Below, in pieces: positions 9,001 to 15,894 of a DNA stretch of 64,000 nt; position 1 is the stretch's first letter; every line of letters starts with the position of its first letter. The notes beneath the pieces are model-generated. The model saw only the letters and a program-made list of their open reading frames with translations. It had not been told where the DNA came from and ran no database searches. The DNA is from Acetofilamentum sp. (GTDB lineage: Bacteria; Hydrothermota; 32-111), in assembly GCA_020721805.1 (NCBI GenBank), contig DYMB01000001.1, positions 243,149-307,148 of the forward strand. The letters are read 5' to 3'. The position numbers and the translations under genes are program-made.

Positions 9001-10863
9001 CAGGAAAATTATCCAGAACTCACGAAACCACAGGAAGAATCTTTGAAAACATATGAAGCGGGTGGTGGAAGAATAGCGTATACTGGTCATGATTTTGGAT
9101 GGGCTATGGCTTCAAGTGATGGTTTTAGTGCTGTTGGAACAAACAGAGATGATTCGTTGTTTGTTATCAACTATATGATGGGAAGATATGTTGGTGATAT
9201 AACTGCAACCGGTAACTTCACATTATATGGTGTATCAGGTGATCCTATATCTGGTTCATATACAGGAGGTGTTCCATATAATCCATACAGACAAGGTGCC
9301 GATGGAGATTCTATGTATGGAGTTTCAAGTGCTTTTGTTGCTGGAACATCTACAAATGTTTGGAGATGGAACAATGCTTCAGGTCCAATTGTTGGAACAA
9401 AATGGGAATCAAACAACACTCTTGGAACAACAGGACAGGGTGTATGGGGCGGATATAAGACAAGGGTTATTTTCAACGCTTTTGAGATAACCCAGATAGA
9501 TACTACCGATCATACCTCAGCAACAAGAACAAATATTTTGAATAATGACCTTATCTGGCTTATAGGGCATGATCATCCTGATGTTTCAATAACATCACCA
9601 ACAACAGGCACAACATATACTACAAACACAATTTCTATAGAATGGAGTGCAACCGCTTATGGTGGTGCTGCAATAGATACAACATTCATTTACTATTCGC
9701 CTAACGGTGGTGATTCCTGGATACTTATTACTAAAGGGACAACTCTAACATCACCATACACATGGGATGTTTCAACACTTCTTAATGGAGTCAAATACAG
9801 GGTTAAGGTAAAAGTTAATGATAAAGATGTTTATCCTTCAATGAGTGGTGAAGCAACAACAGGTAACTTTACTATTTTAAGAAATGGTGGAGATTTCCTT
9901 GGTCCTATAATTTATGCTGGTTCAGTTCAGGCAAATCCATCACCTGTAGGTAACGCGGAAGGACTTGGAGTTCCAACATCATTTACTATCACAGCAACCC
10001 TTTCAGATTCAACAACCGGATTGTCAAATATTTCTGCTGCGGAATGGTCATATGGTTCAGAACCCGCACCAGCCGGTTCTGGAAATCCTATGAGTGCTGA
10101 TGATGGCACATTTGATAGTGTTATTGAAAAGGTTACAGCAAATGTTTCTTCAACAGTTGGATGGCCTGTTGGTGAAGTAAAGATTTGGGTCAGAGGTCGT
10201 GATGCTTCACCAGCAAAGAGTGCAAATAACTGGGGCGATGCATCTGAAGGATCGGTGGTAGTTGTTGATGATGCCACTACACTCACAAGGGTTCAGATGA
10301 CAGAGATATCAGCCATTTCCGATTTCAACTCCATAACCTTAAAATGGTCAACAACATCCGAAGTGAACAATGCTCAATGGATAATAGAAAAATCACTTGA
10401 TGGTAAGAATTTTGAAAAGATAGGCACATTGCTTGCAAAGAATAGACCATCAACCTATACTTTCACTGATACTAAAATAAATGGTGGCACGGTATATTAT
10501 TACAGAGTCTCCGATCTTTCAAAATCTGGTGTTAAGACAGAGCATCCAGTGATAAAAGTCGTAGCACAGGGTAAACCAAAACCTGTTTCATACGCTTTAA
10601 CACAGAATCAACCTAACCCATTTAACGATGTTACTATGATAGAGTTTGCGGTTCCAGTTAAAGGAAAGGTAAAACTTGAAGTTTACGATATAACTGGAAA
10701 ACTCGTAAAAACTCTTGTTAATGAGGTAAAGGATGTATCCTGGTATAAAGTTAGATGGGATGGTAAGGACAATTCTGGTAATCAGGTCTCTTCGGGTGTC
10801 TATTTCTACAAACTTTCAGCGTCAGATTATGAATCATCTCTTAAGATGACATACCTTAAATAA
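6019..10863 (+). CDS. Large multidomain exported S8 serine protease (KP-43-like) with FN3/Ig-like domains and a FlgD-Ig/T9SS-type C-terminal domain
   Basis: SD AGGAGG; signal peptide; VTDSG, HGTHVSGT, AAGN, FSSRGP, GTSMAT; LRVTLVWTD..NDLDL; GLTPNTIYYY; CTD QNQPNPFN...VYDITGKLVKTLV...WDGKD..G..VSSGVYFYKL. Confidence 0.92.
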   Translation: MKKILNLMLLLSLLILFTGAKSFSQKSVDFNTSPVMNEGNFVNPLADGFKSVVKGKEMVKSLKDPNIIHLPYHDFDVRNGEPNIPSDLRAKSSKDGWNYYIVKFSGPVLEKYKSELSNYDVMFEWPIHNYGYIVKMNDVNIEKISKLPYVKFISLWHPAYKASPKFLNSKSEQKKEIVVRLFRNGSYYEVLNSLEKLGARIIDKSEPTTALATFLVEVPENMIAEIAKIKDVYLMMQYAKKYPLNDVGRSIIMNGSTTVGDTTIWKMGIHGAGQIVNVTDSGITIGHYAFYDPSVSLTTWGYYPTHRKVIAYLPTHPNFIDTLDFGDGNNHSYHGTHVSGTVAGDDSLPGGTSNYDGIAKHAKILFMDAGNTVDNGLWIPIDCYSMFDTMYVHGARITSNSYGPDVGTYPELGGAYDEGCQLADAYMWDHRDFNVHFAAGNSGSNAKTIAGTACAKDVYAAGSHPENSINNVSSFSSRGPTADGRYGVTLLTPGEAVRSADGSTSGSSSNYKDMDGTSMATPFSAGAIALIRDWLAQGFYPTGTKIPEHSITNPSSALIRALAVNSANDAGQTIPNNDYGFGRLQLNNALFFSDTAAHSPKAIVFDDNHEGVLTGEYVEYQFSLTDTSSELRVTLVWTDYPAPFFGDNSVTDTTLVNDLDLEVYNPSGALVSGTDHLNTIEQYRNTTPAKGIWKARVVATDCPVSPQPYAIVVTYNPLNVANGSVKFDKATYSTIDSIATLIVTDMNLPDNATFDINVYSQLGDTEYVTLTGTTGLFTGTVQMAYQAAISSNVNDGYLGVNKIDTIWAMYSDTNPAETLRARALIDNASFTIYNVRCEKAEGTRAFIAWSTTEPTTGKVYYGTTTSLGSETAENPNLVYEHSGDQAIIVSGLTPNTIYYYDVESRDNKGNSVRDDNNGSHYQFATVDLSSADILVVVTDDNLQGELFAHPEFLTYAIEQGGWNYAWYQTSLNNLGQLPVTDLLRNYKAIFLQSGQENYPELTKPQEESLKTYEAGGGRIAYTGHDFGWAMASSDGFSAVGTNRDDSLFVINYMMGRYVGDITATGNFTLYGVSGDPISGSYTGGVPYNPYRQGADGDSMYGVSSAFVAGTSTNVWRWNNASGPIVGTKWESNNTLGTTGQGVWGGYKTRVIFNAFEITQIDTTDHTSATRTNILNNDLIWLIGHDHPDVSITSPTTGTTYTTNTISIEWSATAYGGAAIDTTFIYYSPNGGDSWILITKGTTLTSPYTWDVSTLLNGVKYRVKVKVNDKDVYPSMSGEATTGNFTILRNGGDFLGPIIYAGSVQANPSPVGNAEGLGVPTSFTITATLSDSTTGLSNISAAEWSYGSEPAPAGSGNPMSADDGTFDSVIEKVTANVSSTVGWPVGEVKIWVRGRDASPAKSANNWGDASEGSVVVVDDATTLTRVQMTEISAISDFNSITLKWSTTSEVNNAQWIIEKSLDGKNFEKIGTLLAKNRPSTYTFTDTKINGGTVYYYRVSDLSKSGVKTEHPVIKVVAQGKPKPVSYALTQNQPNPFNDVTMIEFAVPVKGKVKLEVYDITGKLVKTLVNEVKDVSWYKVRWDGKDNSGNQVSSGVYFYKLSASDYESSLKMTYLK

Positions 10864-10881
10864 TATAAACTTCAATATAAT

Positions 10882-10911
10882 AAAAAGCCCCCTTTGAAAG
10901 GGGGCTTTTTT
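10882..10911. terminator. Bidirectional intrinsic terminator
   Basis: AAAAAGCCCCCTTT-G-AAAGGGGGCTTTTTT between the convergent protease and lgt genes. Confidence 0.9.
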
Positions 10912-10913
10912 AT

Positions 10914-11726
10914 TTATTCTTTCTTTAATTGGATAAATCTCTTAATGAGTAGAATGAATGATACGGATACTATTAGAATTGAAGTTATCTGTGATAAGGA
11001 TAAAAATTTAAATACGAGAGCATTTTTTGAATACTCCCTTAAAAAATCAACAAAAAATCTTTCTGTTCCATATAATATAAAGAAAAGATAAAAGATGAAT
11101 CCATCAAAAAATCTTTTTTTATTGTAAAGGAAAAGAAGAAGAAAGAAAATTATTAAAGAGTAAAAAGATTCTATAAGTTGTGTTGGTATTACGGGAAGTG
11201 AATGTGTTGCGGTTCTATCTATTAATCCCTTTTCAAGTTGGTCATAGTAAGGAGGTGGTAAATGTAGAGCCGGGAATTTAACACCAAATCTATAGGATAT
11301 TTTCCCATAACAGCATCCATTTAAAAAACATCCTATTCTTCCGAAAAATATTCCAAGTGGAAAGGCTGTCATTATTATATCACCGATTTTTAGAATATCG
11401 AGTTTATTTCTTTTTATATAGATGAGACCTGCTATTATCCCACCAAAGAAGCCACCATAGAAGACCATACCACCTTCCCATATTTTAAATATGGAAAAAA
11501 GATTATCCTTATAGATGTTGAAATTTTCTAATATAAACCATAACCTTCCACCGATGATCCCGCCAACTATTATCCATACAGAAAGGTCAAAAAGAATATC
11601 TTTAGAAATCTTAGATTTTTTTGATAAATAATTTATCACGATAAGTGCTGAGAAGAAGGCTATAGCCTGCATCAAACCGTATGAATAAAGTGTGAAATTA
11701 CCAAATTGAAATATGACTCTATGCAT
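10914..11726 (-). CDS. lgt: Prolipoprotein diacylglyceryl transferase
   Basis: SYG, GGRL, IWEGGMVFYGG, GRIGCFLNGCCYG, PTQL, RFFVDFLR, SLSQ. Confidence 0.95.
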   Translation of the reverse strand: MHRVIFQFGNFTLYSYGLMQAIAFFSALIVINYLSKKSKISKDILFDLSVWIIVGGIIGGRLWFILENFNIYKDNLFSIFKIWEGGMVFYGGFFGGIIAGLIYIKRNKLDILKIGDIIMTAFPLGIFFGRIGCFLNGCCYGKISYRFGVKFPALHLPPPYYDQLEKGLIDRTATHSLPVIPTQLIESFYSLIIFFLLLFLYNKKRFFDGFIFYLFFILYGTERFFVDFLREYSKNALVFKFLSLSQITSILIVSVSFILLIKRFIQLKKE

Positions 11727-11727
11727 A

Positions 11728-12978
11728 TTAACCCCCTATAATTTTTTCTATATCTTTTATTCTTTTTGGTATTGAGAGCGAAAGGTTTTTATAACCATTT
11801 TTCGTAACAAGAATATCATCCTCTATTCTTATTCCAATATTCTCCTTTGGTATATATATACCCGGCTCTATCGTTAGGACCATACCATCCTTTAATTCCG
11901 GCATATATCTTGGTATCATTGAAATATCATGGGTATCAAGTCCAAGCATATGTCCAACAGAATGTGGATAATATTTTTTTAAATCCTTTTTATCCTGTAT
12001 ATATTTTAATTTTATGAGAAGTTTTGCTATAAGATCGTTTGTTTCTTCGTTTAAATCCTTTAAACTTATTCCAGGTCTTACAGAATCAATTATTTCCTCC
12101 TGAATTTCAAGAAGGGGAACATAAAGTTTTTTCTCCCTTTCTGAAAAATTTCTTTTTGGTGGAAAAACTCTTGTTATATCAGCCGAATAAAAGTTGTATT
12201 CGGCACCACAATCTATTAAAATTAGATCATCCTTTTTTACTTTTTGATTATTTGAAGTATAATGCAATGTAGCGCCATTCTTTCCTGCTGCGACTATGGA
12301 GTTGAATGCTGGAATGAAAACACCATTTTTTAAAAAAATGTATTCAAGTTCCGCCTGTATCTGATATTCATACATTTCAGGTTCACTCTTTTTCATACAG
12401 TTTATTATACCTTCTTTTGTTATATCTATTGCTTTTTGAATCGATTCTATCTCATACTCATCCTTAATAGCTCTTAAAGGATAAATAAGATTGTTTACAG
12501 GGATAAAAGATCTTATCTGTGGAAAATGTTCTCTCAATTTTGAAATTTTGTAATGAGTGAAATCAAGCAATTCCCTTACCTGTGAATTCATAAAATCAAA
12601 ATAACATATAACACCGTTGTTAACATAGTTGCCAAAATAAAAATAAAAATCCTTGTTATAATAAACATTCTCTATTCCGGTTTCTTCTTTAACCTGAATA
12701 TCCGATTTCTTTTTCCCTGTCCATACCTCATAATATGGATTATTTTCTTCCACAAAAAGCATCTCCTTCTCTTCCTTTTCTCCTTTGCAGAGTAAAAGGC
12801 TTGAGTGTGGTTCCGTAAAACCTGTTAAATAAAAAAAGTTTGAACTCTGTCTGTATATGTAATTGTTTTCATTGTTCTTTTCTTTAAACGATGCTGATTC
12901 GAGTAGAAGGATAGAATTCTTTTCCATCATTTTTAATAGTTTTTCTCTTCTCTTTTTAAAGATTTTTTTTGGAATCAT
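11728..12978 (-). CDS. pepP: Xaa-Pro aminopeptidase (M24B)
   Basis: YRQSSNFFYLTGF N-domain; LHY, IDCGAE, ADITR, GHMLGLDTHD, TIEPG, RIEDD metal ligands. Confidence 0.93.
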   Translation of the reverse strand: MIPKKIFKKRREKLLKMMEKNSILLLESASFKEKNNENNYIYRQSSNFFYLTGFTEPHSSLLLCKGEKEEKEMLFVEENNPYYEVWTGKKKSDIQVKEETGIENVYYNKDFYFYFGNYVNNGVICYFDFMNSQVRELLDFTHYKISKLREHFPQIRSFIPVNNLIYPLRAIKDEYEIESIQKAIDITKEGIINCMKKSEPEMYEYQIQAELEYIFLKNGVFIPAFNSIVAAGKNGATLHYTSNNQKVKKDDLILIDCGAEYNFYSADITRVFPPKRNFSEREKKLYVPLLEIQEEIIDSVRPGISLKDLNEETNDLIAKLLIKLKYIQDKKDLKKYYPHSVGHMLGLDTHDISMIPRYMPELKDGMVLTIEPGIYIPKENIGIRIEDDILVTKNGYKNLSLSIPKRIKDIEKIIGG

Positions 12979-12988
12979 TTTTTCTCCT

Positions 12989-13762
12989 TTATAATTTAAA
13001 AATTTCGAAATTGAATCTTTTTAATATTTTTTTTAAAACATTATAACCTGTTAATATATCACCCTCTTTGTGGGAATCTGAACCTGTTGAAACTATTTTT
13101 CCACCAAAATCTTTATACATTTCAAGAATCCCTTCAGAAGGAAACTGTTCTTCACAACTATGCCTTAAACCACTTGTGTTTATTTCAAGGATTATATTCT
13201 TTTTAATTATATTTTTCAAAATGTCTTTATATTCGTTTTCATATTTTTTAAAAGTTTCAATATGGGTTTTAAATTTTGAATATTTTTTATAATAATCAAT
13301 ATGACCGAGTATTTCAAAATCACCAAAATCGATTATCTTTCTTAACTGTTTGAAATAAGGCATATAATCAACATCAAAAATATTTTCTTTATCCTCTTCT
13401 ATCATCTTTATCCAGTTTGAGATAACGATACTGTTTACGAAATGGAGGGAAACTATTCTAAAATCAAAATTGAAAGTATGAAAACTTTTTTTTATCTTTT
13501 CTTCATATTCTTTTTCATATGAGGATTCTATACCATAAAAAAGAGTTATAGTTTTAAAATATTTTTTTTTTAATATTTTAAACTCTTCAAACTGTTCTTC
13601 ACCTTTATAAAAATTACAACCAGGATCGTTTTTGTTAAAATCAAGATGATCGGTGAAAGCAAAATATTTCACATTCTTTGATATCGCTTCTTTTACCATA
13701 TCCTCCATATTTCTTTTTGAATCATAAGAGTATCTTGAATGATTATGCAAATCTGAAATCAT
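12989..13762 (-). CDS. PHP-family phosphatase (HisJ/histidinol-phosphatase-like)
   Basis: DLHNHS, FTDH, GIE, SLH, GHID, LEINTSG, GSDSH. Confidence 0.88.
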   Translation of the reverse strand: MISDLHNHSRYSYDSKRNMEDMVKEAISKNVKYFAFTDHLDFNKNDPGCNFYKGEEQFEEFKILKKKYFKTITLFYGIESSYEKEYEEKIKKSFHTFNFDFRIVSLHFVNSIVISNWIKMIEEDKENIFDVDYMPYFKQLRKIIDFGDFEILGHIDYYKKYSKFKTHIETFKKYENEYKDILKNIIKKNIILEINTSGLRHSCEEQFPSEGILEMYKDFGGKIVSTGSDSHKEGDILTGYNVLKKILKRFNFEIFKL

Positions 13763-13771
13763 ATTTAGTTA

Positions 13772-13799
13772 ATTTTAACTATTTTAAAGTTTTAGTCAA
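13772..13799 (-). promoter_or_regulatory. sigma70-type promoter for PHP-pepP-lgt (near-leaderless)
   Basis: Minus strand TTGACT, 16 bp, TAAAAT; ATG 9 nt downstream with no SD. Confidence 0.65.
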
Positions 13800-13824
13800 C
13801 AATAAGCATTCTTTAAATTAAAGA

Positions 13825-13853
13825 TTGACACAACTCATTTTATTAAATAAAAT
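13825..13853 (+). promoter_or_regulatory. sigma70-type promoter for the aminotransferase-serA operon
   Basis: TTGACA, 17 bp, TAAAAT; SD AGGAGG before ATG 13882. Confidence 0.7.
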
Positions 13854-13881
13854 TATAAAATAAATTATTGAAGGAGGATTT

Positions 13882-14949
13882 ATGCATAAAAAACTTTTCA
13901 TTCCAGGGCCAACCGAAGTTGTAAAAGAGGTAAGAGAGGCGATGGCATGTGAAATGATAGGACACAGAATGAAAGAATTTTCAGATCTTTACAATCAGGT
14001 TATCCCAAAATTGCAACAGGTTCTTTATACAAAAAATGCTGTTTTACTCTTCACATCTTCAGCGACAGGCTGTATGGAGAGTGTTGTGAGAAATCTTTCA
14101 AACAAAAAGATACTTTCCTGTATGTGTGGTGCCTTTTCGGATAGATGGCATGATATCGCTATAAAGAATGGTAAAAAAGCTGATCCTTTACAGATAGAGT
14201 GGGGTAAAGCGATAAAGCCAGAGATGATCGATGAAAAATTGAAAACCGGCGAGTATGACCTTGTTACACTTGTTCATAATGAAACCTCTACTGGAGTTAT
14301 GAATCCGATTAAAGAGATAGCCGAAGTTATGAAAAAATATCCAGATGTTATCTTTGCTGTTGATGCTGTATCATCTCTTACAGGTTATAAGATAGAGGTT
14401 GATGCACTTGGGATAGATATTATACTGGCAGGTGTTCAAAAATGCTTTGCACTTCCACCAGGACTTGCGGTTATGACCGTTTCAAAGAAGGCTGCTGAAA
14501 AAGCAAAGACTGTTGAAAACAGAGGTTATTATTTTGATATAGTTGATATGCTAAAGTACCATGAAAAAGGTCAAACACCATCAACACCATCCGTATCACA
14601 TATAAATGCCTTGAATGTCCAACTCGATAGAATGCTTGCAGAAGGTATGGAGAACAGGTTCGCAAGACACAAAAAAATGGCTGATATGATATTTACCTGG
14701 GCTAAAGAGAAAGGTATAGAGGGTTTCCCTGAAAAGGGTTATGAGTCAAGGACGGTTGTTACTTTGAAAAACAATAGAAATTTCAACATATCGGAACTCA
14801 ACAAAGAGTTGGGCAAAAGAGGTAAAACCATATCAAACGGATATGGTAAATTAAAGGAGATAACTTTTAGAATAGCAGCTATGGGAGATCTGATGCCACA
14901 GGATATAAAGGAACTTCTTGATGATATTAACGATATCCTTAAAATTTAA
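13882..14949 (+). CDS. Class V PLP aminotransferase (serine-pyruvate/alanine-glyoxylate family; probable phosphoserine aminotransferase by context)
   Basis: LFIPGPT, GHR, HNETSTG, VDAVSS, GVQKCFALPPG (PLP Lys), TPSTP, FRI; adjacent to serA. Confidence 0.88.
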   Translation: MHKKLFIPGPTEVVKEVREAMACEMIGHRMKEFSDLYNQVIPKLQQVLYTKNAVLLFTSSATGCMESVVRNLSNKKILSCMCGAFSDRWHDIAIKNGKKADPLQIEWGKAIKPEMIDEKLKTGEYDLVTLVHNETSTGVMNPIKEIAEVMKKYPDVIFAVDAVSSLTGYKIEVDALGIDIILAGVQKCFALPPGLAVMTVSKKAAEKAKTVENRGYYFDIVDMLKYHEKGQTPSTPSVSHINALNVQLDRMLAEGMENRFARHKKMADMIFTWAKEKGIEGFPEKGYESRTVVTLKNNRNFNISELNKELGKRGKTISNGYGKLKEITFRIAAMGDLMPQDIKELLDDINDILKI

Positions 14950-14959
14950 GGAGGAGATT

Positions 14960-15859
14960 ATGAAAATTCTTGTAAGCGATAAAATATCAGATACAGCGAT
15001 AAACCAGTTAAAAAATAATGGACACAATGTTGTAGTAAAGACTGGTCTTCCACCCGAGGAACTTGAAAAAGTTATAGTTGATTTTGATTGTATTGTCGTA
15101 AGAAGTGCTACAAAGGTTAAAAAGAATATAATAGATGCTGGGAAAAATCTTAAACTCATCATAAGAGGCGGTGTGGGAGTAGATAACATAGATGTTGAAT
15201 ATGCAAAATCAAAAAATATTGAAGTGAAAAATACTCCAGCAGCATCAAGTATCTCTGTAGCCGAACTTGCGATAGGTCATATGCTATCACTTTCACGAGC
15301 ACTGACCGTTGCTGATAAATCTATGAAGGATGGAAAGTGGGAAAAGAAAAAATTTGAAGGGTATGAACTATACAAAAAGACTCTTGGAATAATAGGACTT
15401 GGAAGAATTGGAAGGGAGACGGCAAGGATGGGGTTCTATGGATTCGAGATGAAAGTAATAGGTTACGATCCCTATGTGAAAGAAGTTTCAAATCCACCTG
15501 TAAATATGGTTTCGCTTGATACTCTTTTAAAAGAATCAGATTATATCTCATTGCACCTGCCTCTGACTGATGAAACAAAACATATGATATCCATTCAAGA
15601 GTTTAAAAAGATGAAAAAGAGTGCATTTTTTGTTTCATGTGCAAGAGGTGGAATAGTTGATGAAAACGGTTTGCTTGAGGCTTTAAAAACTGGATCTATA
15701 AGGGGTGCGGCACTCGATGTTTTTGAAGTTGAACCTCCAGTGGTAAATGAACTTTTCAAACTTGAAAATTTTGTTGCAACGCCTCATATCGGAGCACAAA
15801 CCTTTGAAGCTCAGGAAAGAATCGCAGACGAGATAGTAAGTATAATTTCCGAATATTGA
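14960..15859 (+). CDS. serA: D-3-phosphoglycerate dehydrogenase, short form without ACT domain
   Basis: SD AGGAGG then ATG 14960; VRSATKV, GVGVDNID, GLGRIG, ARGG, ALDVF, TPHIGAQT. Confidence 0.85.
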   Translation: MKILVSDKISDTAINQLKNNGHNVVVKTGLPPEELEKVIVDFDCIVVRSATKVKKNIIDAGKNLKLIIRGGVGVDNIDVEYAKSKNIEVKNTPAASSISVAELAIGHMLSLSRALTVADKSMKDGKWEKKKFEGYELYKKTLGIIGLGRIGRETARMGFYGFEMKVIGYDPYVKEVSNPPVNMVSLDTLLKESDYISLHLPLTDETKHMISIQEFKKMKKSAFFVSCARGGIVDENGLLEALKTGSIRGAALDVFEVEPPVVNELFKLENFVATPHIGAQTFEAQERIADEIVSIISEY

Positions 15860-15864
15860 ATGAT

Positions 15865-15894
15865 GGAGGGATCCTTTAAGGATCCCCCTTCTTT
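15865..15894 (+). terminator. Probable intrinsic terminator after serA
   Basis: GGGATCCTT-T-AAGGATCCC stem followed by CCTTCTTT. Confidence 0.6.

Noticed and set aside
6019-10863. Higher GC of the large protease gene as a sign of horizontal transfer
   Set aside because: Explained by a Gly/Ala/Thr-rich protein. Third positions remain A/T-rich and there are no mobility marks.
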